Below are positions 39,708-49,533 of a stretch of 64,000 nt of DNA, in pieces. Numbering within the stretch: the stretch's first letter is position 1; each line of letters begins with the position of its first letter. This DNA is from a virus (Duplodnaviria > Caudoviricetes), in the IMG/VR virus record IMGVR_UViG_3300013426_000023, positions 1 through 64,000 of that record; one strand, given 5' to 3'. Made by a program: the position numbers and the translations under genes. Under the pieces are notes generated by a model. That model had not been told where the DNA came from, searched no databases, and saw only the letters and a list, made by a program, of their open reading frames with translations.

Positions 39708-40155
39708 TGTTTAATCCTTTCTTTAATTGTTTAATATGGTCTTGTAAATAAAATAGAGCTTTCTCACAATCCTCAATCTCTTTCTCCTTTGAGGAATATC
39801 CCTTTTCTTTCTTCAAGCCAGCTCTCCATAGGTATTTTATCACATTACCTATATCAAAGTTATAATGTCTCACTATGTCTATGCACTCCACACCACTTGG
39901 ATGAGAGTTGTAATAAGATGGGTGATTTACCTTGTCTTTGTTTGCATTTTCATCTTTATAAACCATACAATTTTCCAGTATATAGTCCTTTAATATTGTA
40001 TCATAAGAATTATTTTCATCATATATAGACAAACAAGCTTCATTGATATCTTTTACTCTATACCATTTGAATAATACGATGTTTTTCTTATTTGTATTAT
40101 GTACAAAGTTAATAGAATCACCTATTTTCAGATTGTCATATTCTTCTTTTGTCAT
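39700..40155 (-). CDS. DUF3310 (SaV-like) domain protein with N-terminal extension
   Basis: DKVNHPSYY..ECIDIV..FDIGNVIKYLWRAGLK..EDCEKALFYL. Confidence 0.85.
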   Translation of the reverse strand: MTKEEYDNLKIGDSINFVHNTNKKNIVLFKWYRVKDINEACLSIYDENNSYDTILKDYILENCMVYKDENANKDKVNHPSYYNSHPSGVECIDIVRHYNFDIGNVIKYLWRAGLKKEKGYSSKEKEIEDCEKALFYLQDHIKQLKKGLNNE

Positions 40156-40157
40156 AA

Positions 40158-42038
40158 TTACCAAAATAATGATTGTTCTTGACATTTTAGCTTGAATAAT
40201 ATCTTACTTGCTTCTTTAATATAATATCTATAATTAATATCTTTAGGAAATTCCTTTATTTCATTTATATCATTACAGATTGTTACTCCTGAAGCAGTAA
40301 GCATATTAGCAGCTTTTTTAATCTCACCATTTTCATCAAGCTCACATTTATATAGATAACCACCATTGGTAGATATATAATATCTATTGATATGAGTGAT
40401 GAACTTATCTAAATATTGTACTGTAAATTTCTTATCAACTTTCTGATATGTAATGAAGTCATTAATATCTCTGCTATTTCTAATTGTTTCCTCAACAGGT
40501 ATATTATCTGCTAAGTTAGCATTAATAGCTTTTGGTATTATCATTGCATTCATACCTTTACCTAATGTTACAGTATCAATAAATAGACCTTTTTTCTTTA
40601 ATAATTTAGGGTTATGTGAGTCTTTGTAACCCTCAAGAACACCTAAATAATCATTGATAGCAAATTGATAAAATCTCTCAAATCTATCTTCTTCAAGCTC
40701 TAATTTAGTTAGATTCTCCCACCATTTACAAACAGCTTTAAATTGTTTTTCATCTTTTTTCTTTCTAAGTACAAAAAGACCATCTGTATTAGCTTGTATA
40801 ATCTTACAACCTATTGCTATTAATTTTTCTGCAAGCATCAATAATAACAATTGTCCATTAATTCTAATTCTCATTACAGTTTTAGGAGAATAACACCAAG
40901 AAAATTCAGATTGTAAGTTTCCTGACAAACCATTAATACTTAATTTTAATGTTAAGTTTTTCAATTCATTGCCATTATGTTTAGCTTCAATTCTTTCATC
41001 TTTTATTCCTTTATATACTTCAAGAAATTCCTTACCAAGATGAGGTGGATAGAAACCATATTCTATAATTAAACTTGGATACAATGAGGCAACATCTACA
41101 TCACTGATAACTTCCTGATTATCAGCTATATATACACTTGGTTTATTAACAGAATGAATACCCCCAACTCCAACAGAATATTCAAGATTATCCATAAGGA
41201 AATGTTTATTATATCCTTTTCTATCTGGTGATACAACTTGTTGTTTCATCTCTTTTAATAAATCTTGTAATATAGGAGTGTCATACTTAATAAAAGGAAG
41301 AATAATTTCATTCAAATTAATCTTATCACATGGACTTCTTAAATCTTTAATATCATTCCAAGTTTTATGTGTCTTTTCAAGATATTTAGTTTTAAGAATC
41401 TCCATACCAAGATTAACACCATCTTTATTAAGTGCTTTGATACCATATTCTTCCTCAATATTAAGTCTTAACTTAATATCATTCTCACATCTATATAACA
41501 ACTCTTCAGTTGAATTTACATCATTTATATTGTATTGTATCATCTTAGGAATATCTCCTACTGGTATAGGAGCTTCAAAATCACCATCATATTCCTGCAC
41601 ATTAGGATATTTCATGGTTACTTGCATTTCCTTTAATCCTACTCTCAACTTTTGTGAGAACAACATAGTTAATAAATCCAACGTTTCAAAATTATTGGTA
41701 TATTTCCATCTTTTCCATTTCTCTAAATCTCCCTTAATAATAGTTTGACTTAATTGAAATAAATTATATTCAATTTCTGTTCTTGTAGCTTTTTCAATTG
41801 AATTTTTATATTCAATAATGAAATTTACAATAGGATTATCATAATGAATATTATTATATCCACAGAATATAAACTTCTTATCTAAAAATAATGAAACTAA
41901 ATCTGTGAGATTATTCTTTCTGTCAGATAACTCAAAGAATTGAAACTCTTTTGTCTCAGTGTTTTTGATAGTAAGACTAAAACAATTTGGAAATATCTCA
42001 ATATCATAGACTTGAACTATTAAACCTTTTATTATCAT
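40158..42038 (-). CDS. polB: DNA polymerase family B
   Basis: Exo YDIE, GYNNIHYD, YNINDV; polymerase DVASLYPS, KLSINGLSG, NTDG. Confidence 0.92.
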   Translation of the reverse strand: MIIKGLIVQVYDIEIFPNCFSLTIKNTETKEFQFFELSDRKNNLTDLVSLFLDKKFIFCGYNNIHYDNPIVNFIIEYKNSIEKATRTEIEYNLFQLSQTIIKGDLEKWKRWKYTNNFETLDLLTMLFSQKLRVGLKEMQVTMKYPNVQEYDGDFEAPIPVGDIPKMIQYNINDVNSTEELLYRCENDIKLRLNIEEEYGIKALNKDGVNLGMEILKTKYLEKTHKTWNDIKDLRSPCDKINLNEIILPFIKYDTPILQDLLKEMKQQVVSPDRKGYNKHFLMDNLEYSVGVGGIHSVNKPSVYIADNQEVISDVDVASLYPSLIIEYGFYPPHLGKEFLEVYKGIKDERIEAKHNGNELKNLTLKLSINGLSGNLQSEFSWCYSPKTVMRIRINGQLLLLMLAEKLIAIGCKIIQANTDGLFVLRKKKDEKQFKAVCKWWENLTKLELEEDRFERFYQFAINDYLGVLEGYKDSHNPKLLKKKGLFIDTVTLGKGMNAMIIPKAINANLADNIPVEETIRNSRDINDFITYQKVDKKFTVQYLDKFITHINRYYISTNGGYLYKCELDENGEIKKAANMLTASGVTICNDINEIKEFPKDINYRYYIKEASKILFKLKCQEQSLFW

Positions 42039-42526
42039 CTCTTAAATTCCATTTTTTTGAAATCAAGTATATATTTATACTTATTAAAGAACTTAGAACC
42101 TAATATACCATGCAATGTAACGCCTGTTGTTTGTTTTACAATATTAAATGTTTGAGTTAAATTATTAACAAGAAATTCTTCCTTATAATTCTTTTCATTA
42201 TAGTATAAAGTGATATATCCTGATTTAGCACTTACAGGATTACCTTCCATACCATATATATTATGAGGATTGTCTATAGGTTCAAAAGGAATCTTTTTAT
42301 TAACAACTAAATTTTCATTAATGATACAATTAGTACTTCCTGTATCTAATAAAAAATTAAATTTATTGTTTCCAATATAAAAAGTCACAATAGGCATATC
42401 TGTTAATTCAAAAGATTGTCTAAAAGACATAGTATCTTTGTTATGAACATAGGAAGTATAAAAGATATATATTCCACATGACATTAACAAAAGATATAGA
42501 AATACTGTTATATATATCCAAATCAT
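42035..42526 (-). CDS. Membrane-anchored retropepsin-like aspartyl protease
   Basis: N-terminal TM helix, FLLDTGS, GILGSKFF. Confidence 0.85.
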   Translation of the reverse strand: MIWIYITVFLYLLLMSCGIYIFYTSYVHNKDTMSFRQSFELTDMPIVTFYIGNNKFNFLLDTGSTNCIINENLVVNKKIPFEPIDNPHNIYGMEGNPVSAKSGYITLYYNEKNYKEEFLVNNLTQTFNIVKQTTGVTLHGILGSKFFNKYKYILDFKKMEFKR

Positions 42527-43005
42527 CTTACTCCTGTACTACCAAAACCACCTCTATTATTACCAAGATTATCTACCTTGACAATCTTAACACCATTACT
42601 AAATAACCACTTTAATTTCTGCCATATAGTAGCTTTTTGTGACAACTGAATCCTAAACTGACAGATTCTATCTCCTTTGTGAATAGTAGTAGCTTTCAAA
42701 GCTTTTGCAGGAAACTTCCATTCATCATTGTTACCTTGATATAACCAATCAATAATACCCTCAGAGTTAATACACATGATGTTAAATTTCTTAGGAGTAC
42801 TACTTCTTGGCAATACATGAGCTTCAAAACCTTTAGGTAGTTGCATTGCAATTCCAAGTGGAATATATTTAATCTTTCTTGATTGAACCTCTGTACCTTT
42901 GAACTCAACATCCTCAGCAGCTCTAAGGTCAATCCAATCACCTTCCTTGATAATTTCAGGAAGACTACCTTTCACTAATTCCTTTACTTTAATTTTCATT
43001 TTCAT
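42523..43005 (-). CDS. dut: dUTPase (trimeric)
   Basis: DWIDL, PRSS, GIID..YQG, RICQ, RGGFGSTG. Confidence 0.92.
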   Translation of the reverse strand: MKMKIKVKELVKGSLPEIIKEGDWIDLRAAEDVEFKGTEVQSRKIKYIPLGIAMQLPKGFEAHVLPRSSTPKKFNIMCINSEGIIDWLYQGNNDEWKFPAKALKATTIHKGDRICQFRIQLSQKATIWQKLKWLFSNGVKIVKVDNLGNNRGGFGSTGVR

Positions 43006-43528
43006 TTAATTGATTTAATTTATTAAACTTATATGTTAAGTCTGTTAAAACTATCTCATTTTTATTCATATTTTCGGTTCTAACCATATCTATTTTATAG
43101 AATCTTTGATTAGTATTTATATTATTTAATCCTCCCATAGAATTTATGTAAGAACCTACTTTTATATAGTCAAGTACTAATAAAGATGTTTTATTAATGG
43201 AAGTAATTAAATCTTCACCACTATACCAAGCTCTTTTTATATTAGGATATTTTACCATTATATGAGTAAATATCTTATTTAACCATTCATAATCTTGATT
43301 TCCTCCTAATATACATATACAAGTGATACCGCTATTATATAATATCAGTCTATCAAGTTCTTCAATAGTTAAATCAATACCTTTATTTTCCCAAAGATAC
43401 TTGGAATGACAGTCTTTACAATGTATTTGACATCCAGATATACTAATACACAAAGTAACTTCATCAGGTACTTCTGAAAATGTTACTTTACTATCAATAT
43501 ATTTTAAACTATTTATCTTCCACTTCAT
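42989..43528 (-). CDS. nrdG: Anaerobic ribonucleotide reductase activase
   Basis: EVPDE..GCQIHCKDCHS radical SAM motif, KVGSY..GGL..TNQRFY. Confidence 0.9.
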   Translation of the reverse strand: MKWKINSLKYIDSKVTFSEVPDEVTLCISISGCQIHCKDCHSKYLWENKGIDLTIEELDRLILYNSGITCICILGGNQDYEWLNKIFTHIMVKYPNIKRAWYSGEDLITSINKTSLLVLDYIKVGSYINSMGGLNNINTNQRFYKIDMVRTENMNKNEIVLTDLTYKFNKLNQLNENEN

Positions 43529-43901
43529 ACCATGATTTATTTAATTGATGAAAACCATAACTTATTAACTCAAGGAAGTTCTTTGTCTCTTCCTCATTAA
43601 GGTCAAGGGGTCTATCACCCACATAACCAAAATTATAGCATTCATCCTCTTCATTCCAATCAAAGGATGCTATTGCATAATTAAATTCTTTGCTTGTAAA
43701 GCAGCTCCTATGTATCCTGCACCCTGTGTTCTTTGGGTCACAATAGAACTCATGGTTTAATTTTACATAGTTCTTTTCCTTGCCAAAGTGTTCATTAGGA
43801 TAGTACTTAACTATATGCCATGAGACAACAGAAGGCTGCTTACATAAGTAAGTAGCCTTCATTATCCCTAAGTTACCAATTCTCTTAGATATTTTTTCCA
43901 T
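43509..43901 (-). CDS. Hypothetical protein inserted between nrdD and nrdG
   Basis: 130 aa from MEKISK; overlaps both neighbours; G/C-ending codon bias. Confidence 0.7.
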   Translation of the reverse strand: MEKISKRIGNLGIMKATYLCKQPSVVSWHIVKYYPNEHFGKEKNYVKLNHEFYCDPKNTGCRIHRSCFTSKEFNYAIASFDWNEEDECYNFGYVGDRPLDLNEEETKNFLELISYGFHQLNKSWYEVEDK

Positions 43902-46035
43902 TACTATAAACTCTTGTTTTTTGTTCTTTCTGTCTACCATCAGACCAATTGGAAATCTTAGTTAAATACCCAATTACTCTATCCCACAATGATATATTGG
44001 TAGAACCACATTTAGGACATTTATTAAATGGTTGTTTTGCTATATAATGACAATCATTACATTCACAATTAGGAACATTAAATGTAAAGTATTGACATTT
44101 GTTATCTGCTGCATATTTAAGTATCTTATCATATTGTAGTTTACTTAGATGTGAATCTAAATTTATATGACATGCTGCACCGCCATCAAGAAAATCTCCT
44201 ATGTAATTCTTACCATGTAATCTAATCTTTTCAAAAATTGAAATATCATCGTTTGGCTTAAATATATAACTAGCATAAAGATTAGTATCTTCTGATACTT
44301 TATAACCATCTTCTTTATCCCAATTATAGTTCTTAATAGCTAAACTTTCAGCAGGTACACACTCAGTATTAAATGTACATTTTTTTGTCTTATGAAGTTT
44401 ATTTTGTTCCTGTATAGTAGAGAAGATAATCTGACAGAATTTCATATAATCTTTATTATCCCTACATTCAATTCCAAGGAACTCTGCTGCTTGATTCAAA
44501 CCATTTATGCCTATTGTAAGATATTGTTTATTCAAGTTTATGAATCCTGCTTTATATACAGGAAGTAAATTGGAATTATACATATCCCACAATAATTCAT
44601 TATATGCAGTCTGATACTTATATACTCTGTCAAGAATATTTATAAGATACTCTTGTATATCTTCATAAGGCATATCATCAATTTTATCATATCCATTACT
44701 TCTATAGCAATCTTGAATAATCCTATTGAGATTAAGAGTAATAACAGACTTACTACCTGTTTGAACTCCCATATTACCATTTGTAAAGTTAAATTCTTTG
44801 GTAGTAATCATGTTCTTTAATCTACAACAAGAAGAAAGACTATCTACAGTATCAGAAATATATGTAAAGAATGAATGTCCTCTTGCATATTCTTCTGTTA
44901 CAAAATTAGCAGAATCCTTATCAACAAATTCACCATTCTTATATACTAATGCAAATGATTCAACAGGAAAAGTTAATATACATTTAAGTCTTTCAGCATT
45001 GAACCATTGCATAAATTCTTTTTGAATCCAACTGAGTGATTCCCAATCTGGTTTAGTACCATCTGGAAAATAGAAATCACTAAACATTCCCTCAAAGAAA
45101 GGTTTATCAAAATAAGAAAAATTTACAAATGCAGATTGTAGTCCTCTTGCAGCAGCTGGTTGATTTATTGAATATATAACTTGTTGCCAATATTGATGTA
45201 TTTGTTTCCTTATTGTTTTTTGTCTTACTGAGAAACTATTAGTTATTGTTTCATCTGGCTTAAGATAAAATAAAGGTCCCCATTCTTTCTTACAAAAATA
45301 TGTAAAATAAAGCAAAAATTCTGATGTTGCAACAGCACCTGCAAACATTGCTGATGTAGCAAATATAAGATTTATATACATACCACAGAATGAATCCAAA
45401 TTCTTAGGTGCTGCACTAAGACCTCCTAAATATTTTAATCCATTTATAAGGAATGGATACATTGTTATACTACAACAATATGGAGCTACAGCACCTGCAA
45501 ATGAACTTTCATCATGCTTATATATGATATGATGTTCTAAGTCTCTTATATATTGTTTACTATCAAAATTTGGATATAATTCCCTTAATTTATCAGTAAT
45601 CATTCTTCTTGATATTTGAATGTTATCTTCTTTATGAATCTCAGCATTCAATACACCAATATTCTTACTACTTACATTACTATTATCATCAACTGTTGCA
45701 TTTGCAGTATTATTCGATTTTTTGTACTTATTGATGAAATTTTCTTTTCTTTTTGTCCATTCCCTAAGATTCTTATGTTTCTCTCTATATAGTATATAAG
45801 AATTAGCAATAATAGGATAATTACCCATAAGATAGTACTCAACAGCATCTTGAACATTTTCTGTTGTAAATTCATCAAACTTTAGACTATTTGCAAAGTC
45901 CTTAAATTCTTGTTCATTGAATTTATCTTCCTCCTTACAGGAAACAAAGGTTTTTCTAACAGCATTTACTATCTTGTTAGAATTAAATTCTACAGTATCT
46001 CCATTTCTTTTTCTTATTACATAATTTAAAGACAT
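43885..46035 (-). CDS. nrdD: Anaerobic ribonucleoside-triphosphate reductase
   Basis: ATP-cone, SCCRL, PAESL, CxxC..CPKC zinc site, RVIGYL glycyl radical. Confidence 0.95.
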   Translation of the reverse strand: MSLNYVIRKRNGDTVEFNSNKIVNAVRKTFVSCKEEDKFNEQEFKDFANSLKFDEFTTENVQDAVEYYLMGNYPIIANSYILYREKHKNLREWTKRKENFINKYKKSNNTANATVDDNSNVSSKNIGVLNAEIHKEDNIQISRRMITDKLRELYPNFDSKQYIRDLEHHIIYKHDESSFAGAVAPYCCSITMYPFLINGLKYLGGLSAAPKNLDSFCGMYINLIFATSAMFAGAVATSEFLLYFTYFCKKEWGPLFYLKPDETITNSFSVRQKTIRKQIHQYWQQVIYSINQPAAARGLQSAFVNFSYFDKPFFEGMFSDFYFPDGTKPDWESLSWIQKEFMQWFNAERLKCILTFPVESFALVYKNGEFVDKDSANFVTEEYARGHSFFTYISDTVDSLSSCCRLKNMITTKEFNFTNGNMGVQTGSKSVITLNLNRIIQDCYRSNGYDKIDDMPYEDIQEYLINILDRVYKYQTAYNELLWDMYNSNLLPVYKAGFINLNKQYLTIGINGLNQAAEFLGIECRDNKDYMKFCQIIFSTIQEQNKLHKTKKCTFNTECVPAESLAIKNYNWDKEDGYKVSEDTNLYASYIFKPNDDISIFEKIRLHGKNYIGDFLDGGAACHINLDSHLSKLQYDKILKYAADNKCQYFTFNVPNCECNDCHYIAKQPFNKCPKCGSTNISLWDRVIGYLTKISNWSDGRQKEQKTRVYSNGKNI

Positions 46036-46054
46036 TATTTATATTATTTAAAAG

Positions 46055-47101
46055 TTATAAGTTTCTGTTTATCCAATCAACTACATCGTTTGAACCTTCA
46101 ATATTAATTCCATTAGGTACTTTTGCTCCTATAGAGAGATAATAGTTAAGCTCTTTACCTATCTCCCATGGTGCTCTTAGTTCAATTTGTTTATTCTTAC
46201 CAAGATATAAAGTACCTTCTGCTTTTGTATATGGGAAATCCCATACCAGAGGTATCATATTTGATTTTGATATTACTATATCTTTATAATTAAGAATCTC
46301 AAAGTCTTTGAAATAATCATCTTTCTCTATTACTCTTTTAAGTACTTGATAATATAATCTACATTGATAAGAATACCCCCATTCTATGAATGATTTATAG
46401 AAGTTATATGAAGGTTTATATGATGTTTTTACATCAATAGGTTGTATAGTTTTATTTTTATAATCTACTCTAATTACATCAAACATTACTACATAACCTA
46501 CATTATCAATATTAGCTTTAAACTTCAATTGATATAAGTTTTCACAATCCTCAAATGGATTATTAGGTTTAAACCAAAGTTTTGTTTGAGGGCTATTAAT
46601 AAGTGCATCTGCCATCTCATGTGCAGTATTATTAAGTTCTGTACTAATAATTTGTTTATCTTTTGCAAGATATAATAAATTATAGTAATCTGATGCTTTT
46701 TCTCTTATTACTTTAGCTCTTGTTTCTGGTTTCCAATTTAGCTGATATTTATTTACTTCTGTTTCATTAATAATAAGATTATCTGGTATCTTGTGAATAC
46801 TATCATATACATCATTATACTGATTAAATAATGATTTTACTATTGTCTCTATAGTAGATGTAATAGGTGGAAACTCTGCTACAAGATATCTTCTCTCATA
46901 TTCTTCTGGTGGGTCTGTTGTTAAGCAATCCACTAATGAACCTAACAATAAAGAAGGACTTTCAACTTTATCAAATAATGTATCTAAATGTTCAAATCCT
47001 TCTTTTGCAAACCTTGATATTGTACTATAATGAAGTTCCTTACTATTTCTATAAGTTTCTTCATCCCAGTTTAATGCTAATTCTTTAAGACTCTTCTGCA
47101 T
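46055..47101 (-). CDS. PD-(D/E)XK exonuclease
   Basis: LHYSTIS, GSLVDCL, D..IDVKT, YSYQCRLY motifs. Confidence 0.75.
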   Translation of the reverse strand: MQKSLKELALNWDEETYRNSKELHYSTISRFAKEGFEHLDTLFDKVESPSLLLGSLVDCLTTDPPEEYERRYLVAEFPPITSTIETIVKSLFNQYNDVYDSIHKIPDNLIINETEVNKYQLNWKPETRAKVIREKASDYYNLLYLAKDKQIISTELNNTAHEMADALINSPQTKLWFKPNNPFEDCENLYQLKFKANIDNVGYVVMFDVIRVDYKNKTIQPIDVKTSYKPSYNFYKSFIEWGYSYQCRLYYQVLKRVIEKDDYFKDFEILNYKDIVISKSNMIPLVWDFPYTKAEGTLYLGKNKQIELRAPWEIGKELNYYLSIGAKVPNGINIEGSNDVVDWINRNL

Positions 47102-47597
47102 ATTTCTTAAATATTTCTATAGCTTGTAATAATTGTTTCTTACTATATATCTCAAAGTAAATACTTCTTTGTCCTGTATTATTATATATATCATCAAGAT
47201 ATTGTCTAAATAACTTTTTCTTAAAATAGAAACAGTCATTTTCCATACCCTTAGCTTCAATCCAAACATCTAAATTTTTATATTTTAAATAGAAATCTGG
47301 AGTATAAGTTATTGGTAATATCTTATCTGATTTTAATGTAAGTAATTTAGGACTTGGTTTACCTAATAATTTTACTCTTTTTTTATGTTGAGAATCAGTT
47401 TCTTTATCATAAAAAGGAGTATTACTATTATGAAAATCTATAAGATGTATTTTGTGAGGCTCATATTGAGGCTTAAATCCCTGCTCAAGAAGTGTATTGT
47501 AGCACATCTTCTCAAGCATGGATTTGAAAGTAATATTCTTAGTCTTGACAATAGTTGCATTTCTAATTTTTTTATTAATCTTTTTGCTTTGTATCAT
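47085..47597 (-). CDS. PD-(D/E)XK endonuclease (Holliday-junction-resolvase-like)
   Basis: FKSMLE, YEP, TYTPDF, IEAKG. Confidence 0.75.
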   Translation of the reverse strand: MIQSKKINKKIRNATIVKTKNITFKSMLEKMCYNTLLEQGFKPQYEPHKIHLIDFHNSNTPFYDKETDSQHKKRVKLLGKPSPKLLTLKSDKILPITYTPDFYLKYKNLDVWIEAKGMENDCFYFKKKLFRQYLDDIYNNTGQRSIYFEIYSKKQLLQAIEIFKKYAEES

Positions 47598-47904
47598 CAA
47601 GTAATGTTTTAAGAATTGTTTTAGCAATTATATTCATGTCAGAATTATCATCAACATTAATAATCTTTACATTCATTCCGTTAATCTTTTTTGAATAAAT
47701 CTTAAAATTATTCTTCTTTTTCTTCTTTTCTACAGGAACATCCTTTACATCAAGTGCATTTCTTTTCAACAAATCCTCAATAGTACCTTTATCAACTACA
47801 CTATTTGATTGCCACTTCTTACCATCTTCTGTTTTAATGATAGTTACAAATTCATTTCCTAACTTAACTTCTGAGTTAGTTCCTTTAATAAAATACTTCT
47901 TCAT
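47575..47904 (-). CDS. Hypothetical protein
   Basis: 109 aa, packed in operon. Confidence 0.6.
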   Translation of the reverse strand: MKKYFIKGTNSEVKLGNEFVTIIKTEDGKKWQSNSVVDKGTIEDLLKRNALDVKDVPVEKKKKKNNFKIYSKKINGMNVKIINVDDNSDMNIIAKTILKTLLDDTKQKD

Positions 47905-48550
47905 ACCAATTAATTTTGTTATTTAAATGTTTATTAATTTCATCCCACAAACTATGTCTTAACTTCTGTGAAGTTCTTGCATAGTAAGAAGGATGCTTTT
48001 CTTTTATTATATAGTTATGTTTGTATATATATGGTGAGAAAGTCTGTGCAATCTCACCAAATAATACATAAACACAAGCTGTCATATATCTAGATGTATT
48101 ATAAATTACATTAGATATGAAATTTCTCCACACATTTACATGAGACATAGGATTTCCTGCTGTGCAAGTTAATGCAGAATTCAACATAAGTACCCCTTGT
48201 TTCTCCCACTCTTGAAATGAGGGGTCAAAGATAATACTATTATGTGGAATTTCATAATCAATAACTGATTCCTTTATTACTTGTAATGATGGAGATAGAT
48301 TCTCCTCAAGTGTATTACTATCATTACCAAAAGCAATTCCAGTAGCTTTCCCTAATTGTGGATATGGTGATAATCCTAATATAACTACTTTTAACTCATT
48401 CAATTCACAACGATGAAAGCAATTGAATATATCATTATAAGCAGGACAAAGTAACTTATTGCCAGAAATAGAAGGATTACAAATGCTTTTGTAGAGTTCA
48501 TTTTTATCTATTATTTTTGACCAATTACCAAAATATTCTTCAAATGTCAT
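47885..48550 (-). CDS. ung: Uracil-DNA glycosylase family 1-like (atypical motif A)
   Basis: LKVVILGLSPYP, ATGIAF, PSL, WEKQGVLMLNSALT, HPS. Confidence 0.85.
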   Translation of the reverse strand: MTFEEYFGNWSKIIDKNELYKSICNPSISGNKLLCPAYNDIFNCFHRCELNELKVVILGLSPYPQLGKATGIAFGNDSNTLEENLSPSLQVIKESVIDYEIPHNSIIFDPSFQEWEKQGVLMLNSALTCTAGNPMSHVNVWRNFISNVIYNTSRYMTACVYVLFGEIAQTFSPYIYKHNYIIKEKHPSYYARTSQKLRHSLWDEINKHLNNKINWYEEVFY

Positions 48551-49533
48551 TTAACAACTCTATTTTGTATTTGTTTTAATGCCATGTCGAGAAGTTTATT
48601 TGTGATTTGTTCTTTCACACAACTATCTGGTAATTTAATCTTATAAGGACTATCTTCCTCTGTACCCATAAGCCCCTCATAAATCACTTTAGGAACATAT
48701 TCACATTGGAATCCAGTTTTTACATCATAAGGAATACAATTACCTTCATTATCATATTTTGCAAAATCAATAGGTAAATAAGCACAAGACCTTAATTTAC
48801 CATATTCATTATTATTTCCAAATTCACTTACTTCTCCAGGCACTGCTACTACATCAGCAGGATTTATCAAACATACAATACCAACACTGCCAAAATAATC
48901 TTTTTTTATCCAAGAACAACCTGCACTGTGTAATCCTCTACTACAAGTAACATTACTATTTGAATCACATTTTTCTCTTGGCATTGTTACCATTTCACCA
49001 ATCTTAATACTAAATTTATGACTATGAGCATCAGTAAATATAGTATCTTTTGTTATTGTACTATTTTTATCTTTTTTATCTACATTTCTATAAGTAATAA
49101 AAAATCCACTTCTCTCAATCTTTAAATCATGTTTAATAAGAAATGTATATAGTTTATTTCTACACAATTCATCAGTATTTAAACACAATAATGTCCAAAA
49201 ATTCTTTAAAGTTTCAAGAAGAATTTCATTATTATCATTTTCAGCTTTAATAATCATTTTAGCTAAATCCTTTGGAACAGATAGTGTACTTACTTCTTTC
49301 CAATAAGCACAATCATCTTCAAAAGTAAGGATTGAACTTTCTTTTAGCTCATTTATAAGCTCTTTATTAGAAGCTAATTCTTTACTTTTGTCATCAATTA
49401 ATAAAAGAACTTCTTCATCAGTCTTACATTTTCTAATTTTCTGATAAAGTTCTTCATTTACTTCTTTTGTAATGGTGCTACCATTACTTAGGGTCACTAT
49501 ACATTGATTCCCCAGCTTTAAAGTTTTTACCAT
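48547..49533 (-). CDS. rIIB: rIIB-like protein
   Basis: MPREKCD..CSRGLH..INPADVVAVP..KLRSC; downstream of rIIA. Confidence 0.8.
   Translation of the reverse strand: MVKTLKLGNQCIVTLSNGSTITKEVNEELYQKIRKCKTDEEVLLLIDDKSKELASNKELINELKESSILTFEDDCAYWKEVSTLSVPKDLAKMIIKAENDNNEILLETLKNFWTLLCLNTDELCRNKLYTFLIKHDLKIERSGFFITYRNVDKKDKNSTITKDTIFTDAHSHKFSIKIGEMVTMPREKCDSNSNVTCSRGLHSAGCSWIKKDYFGSVGIVCLINPADVVAVPGEVSEFGNNNEYGKLRSCAYLPIDFAKYDNEGNCIPYDVKTGFQCEYVPKVIYEGLMGTEEDSPYKIKLPDSCVKEQITNKLLDMALKQIQNRVVK

Noticed and set aside
27956-46035. Introns or inteins in RNAP, PolB or NrdD
   Set aside because: Motifs are continuous and lengths normal; no intein termini or homing endonuclease motifs seen
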